Program-made: the position numbers and the translations under genes
Virus record (IMG/VR): IMGVR_UViG_3300025030_000064
Span: 29,499-93,498 of that record
DNA length: 64,000 nt
Source: a virus
Direction: 5' to 3' (one strand)
Part shown: positions 9,699 to 21,400 of the stretch, one piece after another
Layout: the number at the start of each line of letters is the position of its first letter
Numbering within the stretch: the first letter of the stretch is position 1
The notes under the pieces: model-generated
What the model was told of the DNA's origin: nothing
What the model saw: the letters and a program-made list of their open reading frames with translations, nothing else
The model's database searches: none

Positions 9699-12600
9699 AT
9701 GCCACGTCTTATAAAGAGTAAAAGGAAATATTTATTAGGTGGTCCTAAGAAGAGAAGTCAGTTAGATTCAAATCAAGATAATAGAACTGTATTAACTTCT
9801 GATGAAGAATATGTGTATCAAAAATGGTATGCTTCATTACCAAAACAATATCAAACTCCAGGAACAAAAGAGAATTACGAAACTCCATCTTCTTATGATA
9901 TAAGAGGTAACTGGAGAGATAATGAGGGAGAATATGAAATGAATCCTGATGGATTTTATCACATGCCATCATTTAGTGGTGCTACAGGAAAGTTTTTAAA
10001 GACACCAGATAATAGTGAATCATTTATTAATGGATTAAATGGAATGCCTAAATGGTCATATCCGGGTATTGATATAGGTACAGGTCAGTTACAATTAAAA
10101 AGAAAAGATGAAGTTCCTGAAAGTAATCAAAGTAAATTAAAGTCTAAGAATAAATACGGTGGTAACACAGACAACGATATGAAAAGATACTTATTAAAAA
10201 GAAAGAGAAAATATGTAATGGCAGGATTAGAAGATCCTGATGTTGTAAATTCTGTATCGTATGGAGATAAAGAAATAGAAGCTATCTTAGCGAATAAACA
10301 ACGAAATTTAAATCCAAATTATACTAATGCTATTGCTTCTGGTACAGGGTTAATTACAGGTATTGGAACAGATATTTACGAGAATAAAAATCAAAATACT
10401 GCTAATGTAGGTGCTCATGCTATTAAGGGAATGGGCTCAGGGTTTAGTTCAGGTGCAATGGTAGGAACTATGTTAGGTGGTCCTGCTGGAACATTAATAG
10501 GTGGTGGAATAGGAGCTGGATTAGGATTAGTAGAAGGACTGTATAGTGGATTTTCTGAAAAAAAACAAATGAAACAAGATGATATTGAAAATAAACAAGA
10601 AGAATATAATAAGTCATCTCAAGATTTAATTGAAAAGAATCAACACTTTGGTTTAAACCAAGGATTTTTATATGGAGGTTTTGCTATGGGTGGTGGAAAT
10701 AATGAAAATATGGTAAACTTTAATGGTGGTGATGGAACGCAAGATAGTGTAGAGTTAGGAAATAAGTTTGTAGATAACGGAGAGACAGAGACAAAGAAGA
10801 TGAACGAAAAGATTATTCATTCTAATGCTTTTGTTATCACTCCTGAGATGGCACAACAATATAATATCCCTTCTAAATATATTGGTAAGACACCTGCTGA
10901 TGTATCAAAACTGATGATGGATACAAATTTAAGAATGGTATTTGGTGGAACAAAAGAAACTTTAGATATGACAAAGAGATTTTTAAAGAAAAGTGATATG
11001 TTTGCTAAAGGAGCAGACAGGGCAGATAAAAGAAATGGAGTAGGTCTATATGCTTTAGAACAACTATCTACTGACATGGGTGAGATGATGAGAGCACAGG
11101 AAGAAGGTATACAACAACCTATGGCTAAGTTTGGTGGTAAGATGAAGTATGCAGGTGGTGGTGGAGAACCTATACCAATACCAGAAGATTATGCAAATAA
11201 GGCAGAATATATACAGGCTATGTATGAATATACACAGAAGTATGGTACTAAAGGAATGGTTCCTCAGTCAGAAGCAATGCAATCTAATGAGATGATGGCA
11301 GATATTAATGACCTAAAAGCAAATCCTAATAATATAAGACCAGAAGTAGATAATAGAGTCAAGGCAAATATCAATGATTTAAAATCAAGACCAAAATCAA
11401 GATTCCTAAAGATAGATATTAATAATTTAAAAGCAAAACAAAGACAGACTAAAGGACCATCTGAACAATCTTTCCATAAAGAAGGATATGACGAATATGG
11501 CAAGAAGAGGTATATGGGTAATGCTGCTCAGTTCTTAGAAGGAGTATATAATCCAGAAGGTATTGTTCCAGAAAGAAAAAATATGAAAATGATGGAATCA
11601 AAAACATTAGTTCCTGAAGTGGTACGACCTACAATGGTAGAAAAAGGAATAAAAGAAAAAGAAGGTACTTTTAATGAAGAGTTTAAGAAAGCAAGAGAAT
11701 CTGGACAAAAGACTTTTAAATGGCATGGTAAACTTTATGGTACTGAATTAAAAAAATCAGGTAATACGATGTTAGGAAGAAATACTACAGAAGGATTGCC
11801 ATTAGGTAAAGGTAAATTTCATGTAGGTGGTGGAGAACCTCATACTCATTCAGGAAGTGTTGATGGTGCGATAAGTGGTAGTGGTAATGCAGCAGAATGG
11901 GGAGATTTATTTAGTACTATAGGAGACATGGGAAGTGCAGGATATGATTATATTATAAATGATCCAGCAAGAGGACCCGGACAACCTATACAGTCTAAAT
12001 TCAATAATGGTCCATCAGTTCGTAGTGTTCGTCCTACATTAACTACTACAGTTCCTAAGACTACAAAGGTAATTACCAATCCAAGGACAGGAAAGAAAGA
12101 AGTAGTACAAAGTAATTCTACATCTGCTGTTGCTACTGATTATAGTGGTACTCCATTTACAAGTTATAATGGAATTCCTTTTGTTGATGGCAGTTCTATA
12201 GGTTCATCTAACACTACAACTCCATTATATAATTGGCAGAATAAAGAACAAGACTTTTCAAATACAGTTACCGGAAGTGATAATGTATCTACAGTTAATC
12301 CTGATGGCACTATAGAAACAAAGGCTGGTACTGAATCTCCTGATAGTATAGATGAAAATGGCAATGGAATAGGAATTGATGGATTACAAGCAGCAGGATA
12401 TTTAGGACAGATGGCTACAATGCTACGTAATGCATGGTTAGATAAACAACCTTTAGAGGTGGAATCGCCTGAACAGTTAGAGGCAAGATTAATAAATTTG
12501 TCAGAACAAAGAAGACAAGCAAGTAAACTAGCTGACAAGACACGTAACATAGGTTTACTACGTTCAAGAAGTACAGGTAATACGAAAGGTGCATTCATGT

Positions 12601-13079
12601 CTAATGCCAATGTACAAGATGCAAGTGTTCAAGATACATTAGGTAATCAATTAGGGCAGTCATATTTAACAGAAGAAACTACTAACAAAGGAATACAGTC
12701 AGCAACAGATAGAGCAAATGCAGCAGAGAGAGTACGTGCAAGAGATGTCAATGCTCAACGATTAGCAGCTAGAACAAACATTGGAACAAAAGCATATAAG
12801 AATCTTGGAGATTTTAGTAGTCAGGTAGCACAAGATGCAATAGCTAATAAGACACAGAATACTATTATTAGAGATATGATTAAGACAGATATGTTGGAAA
12901 TGTATCAAGATTCAAAAGGAAGATGGAAGATGAGAGCAACAGGGAAAGAACCAACTAATGCAGCAGAAAAATCTTTTCTTGCTTCTTTAGAGACAGAAGA
13001 TTATTCTGTATCTGAAAAGAAAAAAGTAAAAAAGATGTATGGTGGTAAGCTATTAAGTAAATATAATTTAGGAATATAA
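9699..13079 (+). CDS. Virion cargo / ejection protein
   Basis: Follows the muzzle; Gly-zipper TM-like segment; repeated K(Y/F)xxGG motifs; low-complexity regions. Confidence 0.65.
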   Translation: MPRLIKSKRKYLLGGPKKRSQLDSNQDNRTVLTSDEEYVYQKWYASLPKQYQTPGTKENYETPSSYDIRGNWRDNEGEYEMNPDGFYHMPSFSGATGKFLKTPDNSESFINGLNGMPKWSYPGIDIGTGQLQLKRKDEVPESNQSKLKSKNKYGGNTDNDMKRYLLKRKRKYVMAGLEDPDVVNSVSYGDKEIEAILANKQRNLNPNYTNAIASGTGLITGIGTDIYENKNQNTANVGAHAIKGMGSGFSSGAMVGTMLGGPAGTLIGGGIGAGLGLVEGLYSGFSEKKQMKQDDIENKQEEYNKSSQDLIEKNQHFGLNQGFLYGGFAMGGGNNENMVNFNGGDGTQDSVELGNKFVDNGETETKKMNEKIIHSNAFVITPEMAQQYNIPSKYIGKTPADVSKLMMDTNLRMVFGGTKETLDMTKRFLKKSDMFAKGADRADKRNGVGLYALEQLSTDMGEMMRAQEEGIQQPMAKFGGKMKYAGGGGEPIPIPEDYANKAEYIQAMYEYTQKYGTKGMVPQSEAMQSNEMMADINDLKANPNNIRPEVDNRVKANINDLKSRPKSRFLKIDINNLKAKQRQTKGPSEQSFHKEGYDEYGKKRYMGNAAQFLEGVYNPEGIVPERKNMKMMESKTLVPEVVRPTMVEKGIKEKEGTFNEEFKKARESGQKTFKWHGKLYGTELKKSGNTMLGRNTTEGLPLGKGKFHVGGGEPHTHSGSVDGAISGSGNAAEWGDLFSTIGDMGSAGYDYIINDPARGPGQPIQSKFNNGPSVRSVRPTLTTTVPKTTKVITNPRTGKKEVVQSNSTSAVATDYSGTPFTSYNGIPFVDGSSIGSSNTTTPLYNWQNKEQDFSNTVTGSDNVSTVNPDGTIETKAGTESPDSIDENGNGIGIDGLQAAGYLGQMATMLRNAWLDKQPLEVESPEQLEARLINLSEQRRQASKLADKTRNIGLLRSRSTGNTKGAFMSNANVQDASVQDTLGNQLGQSYLTEETTNKGIQSATDRANAAERVRARDVNAQRLAARTNIGTKAYKNLGDFSSQVAQDAIANKTQNTIIRDMIKTDMLEMYQDSKGRWKMRATGKEPTNAAEKSFLASLETEDYSVSEKKKVKKMYGGKLLSKYNLGI

Positions 13080-13082
13080 GAT

Positions 13083-15452
13083 ATGCCAAACATAAATCAA
13101 TACATGACTCCTGCGGAGTATACTCCCAAGTCAATGTTCGCTGCGTTACCTTTAGAGTTAATGCAACAGAACTTACAAAGGAAACAAGAAGAGATAGACA
13201 GTACTCTTGCTGCAGCCTATAAGATAGGTAAAGGTTTTGATGCTGCAGGTGTATCTAGTATGAAAGGTATAGATTATGAGAAAGATGCTAATGGACAATA
13301 TGTAGATTATAATCCTGATCCAAATAAAAATGTTCCCGGATATCAACCAATGTATAAAGCAGTATATAAAGATTTTAATGTAGCTCCTGCAAGTTCTCAA
13401 TATACAGATATGATTAACGAAGATATAGATACACAAACATCTGATATAGTAAATAAGATAATGGCAGATAAGTTAAATGCAAGTAAGTATATGGGAGATA
13501 TACAGAATCTATATCAAAAGAAAAAGAAATATAGTTCTTCTATAGATAAAATTAAACTTCAAGAAGAGAGGTATAATAATACTATTAAGCAGATGCAAGA
13601 GAAGGAAGCAGATCCTACTCAATGGCAAAGAGCATATCAAGATATAGGAGATTGGGGAAATATTGCAGAGAAGGTCTCAGGCATGAGTAAAGAAGAAAAG
13701 ATGAATTATCTTTCTAATTTACCAGATCTTAATATAAGTGGTGCTACAAAATATTATGATTATAAAAAAGAGACATTAGATCAAGCAAAAGGATTTCAAG
13801 AGTCTGGACAATCAATAGGCTTATCTGTTAATCCTGTTACTGGCTTTTATAGTTATGGAAGTGTTAAAGGAGTAAAAGATTCAAGAGTACGAAATTTTGT
13901 ACAAAATACGTTATCTACAAAAGATGCAGTAGATCAAATGAAGAAAGGATATACTCAGTCTATGCTAGATTACGGAATGAGTCCTGTAGATTTTAAATAC
14001 GAAGATGTTATTGAAAGAGATAAAAGTGGTAAACCAACAAAGACAAAGACATATAATGGTTTTCAAGCATATTATTTAAATGAAGTAGATAAGATTTCTG
14101 ATGCTGCAGTATCAAGAGAAGCAGGAGAATTACCAGATATGCATTATGCTCATTTTAATGCTAAAGCAGAGAAGTTAGCTGGTATGATGATTGATGAAAT
14201 GGAGAAGCCACAAGGTATGCCATCATTTGCTGATGAGGCTTCTACTAATTCAAGTACTTTATCAAGTTCGTATAAAGAGAATAGTCCATTAAAAGTAAAG
14301 TTTGATCCTAAGACAGGAGAAATAATTGGATATGATAACGAATATGCACAATCATTAATGGATGGTAAATCATATACTGGTTCAGAGAATCCGGGATTAT
14401 GGGGTACTGCTGGTGGAGCAATAGGATTATGGTTAGAGACAAAGACAGATAAATATAAATATGAAAAAGGTAAAGAGCAAATTGCTATGAAAGCATATTT
14501 ATTAGATGTAAAGAAAAAAGCTAAAGACATACAAAGTCAATATTATCAAAAGACAGGAACAAATATTACTCCAAAACAAGCTATGGAAGTTCTTGCACAA
14601 AAGAATGGTATTCAAGAAGCAATAACTAATAGAGGATGGGATTTAGTTGGTGATGCTCCTATGCAATATAAGAAAGATTTTATTCAACATGCTAATGAAA
14701 GAAATATCTTTGAATTTAAAGATGGTATGTGGGTAGAAGTATCAGATCCGGGAAACAAAGAAGATATTATTTCTGAAATGAGAGTTGATATGACAGCAGA
14801 AGGAAGTACAAATAAAGCACCATCAAAATTATATTTTAATAATGGTCTTGGTAATATAGGAAATAATGGAGTTAATGTAATAGCAGAATATCAGATGGGA
14901 GATAAGAGATATGGTTATACATTATCACAAGAAGAAAATCAAGATGCTCAGATGGGAAAATATTATGGTGAGTTGATGAAACAATCACAAAATAATCCAT
15001 CTGCAAGATTAATAAGAGTAAAAGATCCAAATGGTCAAAGAGGAGATTTGTTTATCGTAGCAAAAAATGCACAAGATCAAGAACAACAATTAATGAATGC
15101 TTTTGGAATTAAAGATAAAAAACAACTAGAAAATATAAAAGCATTTACTACAGTTACTACTTTTGATGATTTTGGAAATACTCATATAGATAAAAAATCA
15201 GGCAAGGTAATAGATTACTCTCAGAATTTTAATGAAGAAGATTATATCTATGACAATAAGACAAAAAAATTCATATCTAATAAATCAACCAGACCTTATA
15301 TGGATGTTATGTATGATGTGTCAGGAAGATTGCAAGATCCGGGAGTACAGACACCAAATGTGGAACAAGGTTTATTTAAAGGTTCAGATAAGTCATATGG
15401 ATTAGATCCTAAATGGTTAATGAAACAACAGTTATTATTAGGAACTGAATAA
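13083..15452 (+). CDS. Virion cargo protein
   Basis: Located between the first cargo gene and the RNAP; N-terminal coiled coil. Confidence 0.55.
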   Translation: MPNINQYMTPAEYTPKSMFAALPLELMQQNLQRKQEEIDSTLAAAYKIGKGFDAAGVSSMKGIDYEKDANGQYVDYNPDPNKNVPGYQPMYKAVYKDFNVAPASSQYTDMINEDIDTQTSDIVNKIMADKLNASKYMGDIQNLYQKKKKYSSSIDKIKLQEERYNNTIKQMQEKEADPTQWQRAYQDIGDWGNIAEKVSGMSKEEKMNYLSNLPDLNISGATKYYDYKKETLDQAKGFQESGQSIGLSVNPVTGFYSYGSVKGVKDSRVRNFVQNTLSTKDAVDQMKKGYTQSMLDYGMSPVDFKYEDVIERDKSGKPTKTKTYNGFQAYYLNEVDKISDAAVSREAGELPDMHYAHFNAKAEKLAGMMIDEMEKPQGMPSFADEASTNSSTLSSSYKENSPLKVKFDPKTGEIIGYDNEYAQSLMDGKSYTGSENPGLWGTAGGAIGLWLETKTDKYKYEKGKEQIAMKAYLLDVKKKAKDIQSQYYQKTGTNITPKQAMEVLAQKNGIQEAITNRGWDLVGDAPMQYKKDFIQHANERNIFEFKDGMWVEVSDPGNKEDIISEMRVDMTAEGSTNKAPSKLYFNNGLGNIGNNGVNVIAEYQMGDKRYGYTLSQEENQDAQMGKYYGELMKQSQNNPSARLIRVKDPNGQRGDLFIVAKNAQDQEQQLMNAFGIKDKKQLENIKAFTTVTTFDDFGNTHIDKKSGKVIDYSQNFNEEDYIYDNKTKKFISNKSTRPYMDVMYDVSGRLQDPGVQTPNVEQGLFKGSDKSYGLDPKWLMKQQLLLGTE

Positions 15453-15464
15453 TAAAATTTATTT

Positions 15465-18400
15465 ATGAGAAAAGATTTATATCAGTCTATATTAAATGCA
15501 CAAAAAAATAATGTAGATACTGAATCTGGAATACCTACTCAAAGCAGAAGAGTTTATGGAAGAAGTTTTGTAGGTGATTTGGTTGGAAAATCTCAATATG
15601 ATAAAGGGTTTATATCACAAGATTGGTATGAAACTACTCCATCTGACATAAACGAATATAGAGGACAAAATCAACCTTGGTATGACCAATTAGGCAATGC
15701 AGGTATGAGAACTCTTAGTGAGTTATCAGTAGGCACAATAAAAGGGATGACAGATATTCCTGATATGCTTAAAATGTTATTCTCTGAAGATGGTATGGCT
15801 GATGTAGCGACTAAAGAATTTCAGAATGAAATATCAAGAAGTCTAGGCGAAACGGAAGAACAAGTTAACGAAGCTTTTCCTATTTATAGAACTCAGCATA
15901 ATAAAGGTTTCAGTCCATTACATTTCTCATGGTGGATGGAGGGGGTACCTTCTGCAGCATCTACAGCAAGTATGTTTATTCCTATTTTTGGTTCAGGTAA
16001 GATAGCATCTATGATAGGCAGATATGGAACAAAGATGTTTACCGGAATAAAGATGGCTAAAAATGCAGAAGCTATATTATCTACTTTCGTAGGTACTACT
16101 TTTGGTAATCAGATAGAAACATATCAACAATGGCAACCACAGGCAATAGAACTTAGAGATAAGATGATCCAGAATGGCATGTCAGAAGAAGAAGCAGATG
16201 TTAAAATAAAAGAAGAAGGATGGAAGAATCTTGTTGGTAATTTAGCTAATATCCCATTAGATATGATAGGTGCTTATCATATGTTTAAGCCTATTGGTGG
16301 TATCTCTCCACTTAAAAAAGACTTTTGGAAAATGTCTGGTTCGGGACCGAGAACTATATATGAGAAACCATCTGTTTTAGGTACGGTAAGAAAGGAAATG
16401 ATTCCTGAAGCTATACAGGAAAGTAATAACTATTATAATCAAGAAAGAGCAAATAGAAATGTAGATATTTCTTTAGGTTTATCTACAAAAGATTATACTT
16501 TATCAGAGGCTATGACTGATCCTGAATTTTGGACAGCAACAGCATATGGTGGATTAGGTTCTTTAGCTTTCACAGGTGCAAGTAATATAGGAAGACAGGT
16601 TTCTGATAATGCAAGTTATCTTATGGATAGCGAAAAGATGAAGGAGTTATCAAAAGAACAGAAAGCAAAAGGATTAAATATATTTAGTAATGTAGGCAAG
16701 GCTTTTATTACCGGAGAGACTTCTACTGAAACTTCTATTTATCAGAAACAACAAGAGATATTAAAGCCAATAATGGATAATATCATTAAGTTATCTGACA
16801 TAAAGAATGTAGCAGATATGACTGGTGATATGGCTGTTTATGATCAATCAAGAGCGGCATTAGAGACTGAACATGTTTTACTACATATGCATAGAGGTAC
16901 ATTTGGAAAGTATATGGAGAATGTAGATAAAATGCAAAGTGTACTTAATGAACAAGAAGATTATGTAAAAAAACAATTAGAACAAACTCCTGATGATGTA
17001 AATCTTCAACAGTATTTAAATAATATTAAAGAAACAAAACAATTAGTAGATAAATCTAAACCTGAATTATTATTAAAGGAACAAGATTTTATATCTGCTA
17101 TTAATAATCATAATATTAATGACTCGTCACGTATTGGAGAATTTGTAAGAACAAAGAGTGAGATAAGACAAGTAAAGAAAGATATGAATGATGCATTAGG
17201 TCATGCTAATGCTATTTATGATTATGATGATACTACTAAATATCTCGTAGGTACTACAGAGAGAATGCGTGAGATACAGAATGAGATAGAAGGATTACAA
17301 AAGAAGGTAGAGGAAAGTACTAAGTCAGTATTGACATTCTTTGATAAGAAGAAGATAAGAAGTTTACAGGATAAGTTATCTAACCTGGGGAAAAAGAAAG
17401 ACGGAACATTTGATGTTAATATAAAAGAAGATGAGTTAAGGGTATTGGCAAAGAAGACTCTTAAGCTATTATCTCTTGAAGATAATGTAAAGGATATTAT
17501 TAATGGTAAAGCAAGTGAGAAGATAGGTATAGAGGACCAGATACTAAAAGAAAAGAAGCATGAAGGATTAAAGAATTATATGTTTGGTAATACTACCAAT
17601 AAAGGTATCTATGATAAGGTAGAAGAACAATATAATGAAGAACGTCTTATTAATATGCAACCTCTCAATGATAAGATTATTGAGAATCAATTAGAGAATG
17701 GTATTACAATAAAGGATATATCTTCACAGGCTGTAGCAAATAATGCTACAGTATCAGAATCAGCAAAGACATCATTAAGAGATAAGATAACTAATGATGT
17801 AGATGCTGCAGTTAATAGCGTATTACCTCTTCTTCCTAATGAGACATTAGAAGGATTAAAGAGTGCATTAAGAGATAAAGAGACATTAGAGAGTGTAATG
17901 CAAGATGAGTTTAGTAATTCTATTCCTAATGCTTCCAAGATAATAAAAACCTTATCTCCATTTATAGGATATAAACAAACTATAGAAAAAATTAATTCCT
18001 TAGACTCAAAAGAGAAAGAGATAAGAAGTGAAGAAGATATTTTAACAGATATATTAAAGAGTGATATCTCTGCAATAAAATCTATTGTTTCTAATATAGA
18101 GAATGATAGTAATAATGCAGATGAATCTTTACTGAGAACAGTACACAATAACCTTGTTAACATACATAACTTTCTTATTAATGATAAGAGATATGAAGAT
18201 GTTGATAAGACAAAGCTTATTGAGAGCGTAGAGAAGTTAGAGAAAAAGATTGAAGGATTGTTTCAAGAAATGAATAAGAGAAGAGATAATGAAGAAGCAA
18301 GACAGATAGAAGCATATAACTCATGGATGAGATCCATCTCTTCAGGATTAAAAGAATTAGGGTTAAAAGAAGTTACTAATACTAAAGAACTCTATGAAGC

Positions 18401-21400
18401 ATTAGAATCCTTAAAGAAAGATGACAAGCTAAAATCTGATTTAGAGATATGGTTAAAAGAAGGATTATCTGAATTAAATAAATTGTCAGGTCTTGAAGGA
18501 ACTAAAGACATGGTTAACCTGGATGCATTTATTAATTCTTCAAAACTATTAGGTGGCAATCCTGTTATAGCTGAAACATCTTCATTTGCTAAATATAAAA
18601 TATCTCTTAATGTAAATGACATAGATGTATCAGAATTTCCAGACCGAACAATACAACAACGTCAACAGGCAGCAGAGATAATTAACCAATATAAAAAGGT
18701 TAAAGGACTACAAGTATTATCTGGGATGGTAAATAGTACTATCACAATTAAAGATGTAGTAAGTGATATTAATAAATGGTTAGATAAGAATCCTTCCGTT
18801 GCTCCATTTACTGAACAGGATGTAGTTATTAGAACAGCATTATTATATCTTTTTAATGAGGATATAGATATAGTTAATCTACAAGGTATAGGAGGCACTG
18901 GTAAATCTAAATTAGTTACTAAAATAGTATCTGATATCTTTAGAGAAAGAAATGGTAATGAAAGTGTAGTTGCTTTTGGAGAAGGTTTCAGAGCTAATGA
19001 GATTATTAATGAATCATTGTTCGGTGATCAAGGCAAAGACTTATTGTCATTTAATAGAGATGGTAGTCTTAAAGATGAAAAAGCTTTTGAAGAAGCTATA
19101 CGTGGTAAAAAGCTATTAGTTATAGATGAGATAGGAAGACTTAATAAAGAAAAGTATATTACTATTTCAAGATTATTATTAAAGATACAAAGAGAGAATA
19201 AAGGTTTTAAGATATTACTTACCGGAGATCAGAATCAATTATCAGGACATAAGTTTCCTACTATGAGAATTGATAACCCGGGATTTGACCTTACTAAATA
19301 TATTATTCAGTTACCTGCTCTTGCTATACCACAAAGAACTAACAATACAGAAGTACAAAGATTACAAGATGTATTTAATGGTGCTGGTGGAAGAAATGTA
19401 TTTGAAGATACATTAAACTACATGCATGATTCAAGAGATACTAATGGAGTGGCACATGTAACAGGACCATTAGAATTCGAAAATACTATTGCCAGTAAAA
19501 CATTATTAGATGATAAAAAGAAAAGAGCAATAATAACTACTGACGATAAGGTACAATATTATAAAGGAAAGTTTCCAACTACTGAGGTTCTTACTGTAGG
19601 AGAAGTTGAAGGTAATAAGACTGGTAATGCTCATGGAGTAGAATATAATGAAGTCTTTGTAGATGTAGAATATTCTGCAAAGTATATGATGGGAGTAGCA
19701 AGTTATGATAAAGTTAATACTATGATGTATCAGACTCTATCAAGAGCAACAGATTATATTATGGTACTTAGTGATAGTTGGAAAGGAAGTGATAGTATAA
19801 CGAGTATAGATAATTCTTCTATAGCAGAAGAAAAGAAAAAGAAGTTTGCTGCTAATAGAATAGCTTATGAGACATGGATAAAAGAAGAACTATCTGAGAT
19901 GTCAGATGGTAAAGAAGAGTTCGTTAAACAAGAGGAAACAGGTGTTGTAATTCCAGAAGAAGAAATAATTGTTGATATCATAGATGAAGAAGATAGAGAA
20001 GATGGAGATGTATTAGTTGAACAACCCATTGCAGAAGAAGAAAAGAATGAAGTTGAGAATACAGATGCATTATCATTACATAAACAAGTACTTCATGGAA
20101 CAGAATATAAATATGAAGGAGTAAGTGCAGTAGAAGAAGGAAGTATAGTAGAATCATATTATAGAAGTAACGCAGAGAATGATGGAATACATAAAGTATA
20201 TGTATATAAAAAAGTTGATGATAATTACGTAGAGGTGCTTACTAAAAATGCTACTATAAGTAAAGAAGAAGCAAAGAAACAAGGGTTCTTTATATTACCT
20301 AAAGAAGCAAGAGTAACACCACAAGGCAAATCTATATCTACTGCAAGAGTAACATATAAACATAAACTATCATTAAATTATAGTAAAGAAGGACTGCCTT
20401 TAAATGACACTACTGTAAAGAAGAATGAAAAGATAGTTAAGACCAGGCTAAATGCTAAAAAGATTATAGGCAGTGATATCATTACTGTTGATAATAAGTT
20501 TATAGAAAAGAATACTAAGTCAGACAAAAATCCTAATGCTATTATTCCAAATGGTTTTACATTAGATAAAGGTAAGATATATCAGATAGTTACTTACGAT
20601 ACTAAAGCAGATAAGAGAAAATATGCTTTTATTCCTATGGACACAAATAAGATGTCATTAGATAGTGTAGAAGTAGATATGCATGGTAACGTAACCGAAG
20701 GATCATTATCTGTATTAAGCAATTTTGCCAATACTATTTCTGATTTTGAAAACCAGATAGAACAACTCACAGGATTAGAGATAGTCTATGGAAGCAATAA
20801 CCCTACAGAGGAAAAGATAGGAGATAGTTTTATTCCTGAAGGTAGAGTGTTTATGGATATCCTAGATAACACTTCTATTAAAGAGGATGGAACTATAATA
20901 TTAAAAAGTAAGTTAAAGAGTTCTAATGCAGTTATAGAGGAACTAAATAAGTTAGATGTAGAGATAAAAAAAGATATAGTAAGTCAGATTAATGACATTA
21001 GAAATAGTCTTTACGAAAGAAAGAAAGAGACTCTGGTAAATATAGAGAATGCAAAGAAAGTTGATGGTAGTGATAATAAGTATTTAGTACAAGGTGATTC
21101 TACAAGAAAGCCATTAGGACATAATTGGAGATTGATAGAAGGAGTAACGTCATTAGGTCATGTAAGTGAAGATGTATTTAAAGACTATTCTATTGTAGAA
21201 GTAGGAAAGAAAGATAAGCATTATGAACTAAGACGTACATTTGAATTTGAAGGAACAGAACCATTAAAAGGCACACCTATATTATATCATGTGCTAATAG
21301 CTCAGAACCTATCTTCTAATGCAGGAGTATTAGAATTTGATGGTAAGCCAGAGATAGAGATATTCCTTGTAGCAGACACTAAGGATGGTGTATCTGAATA

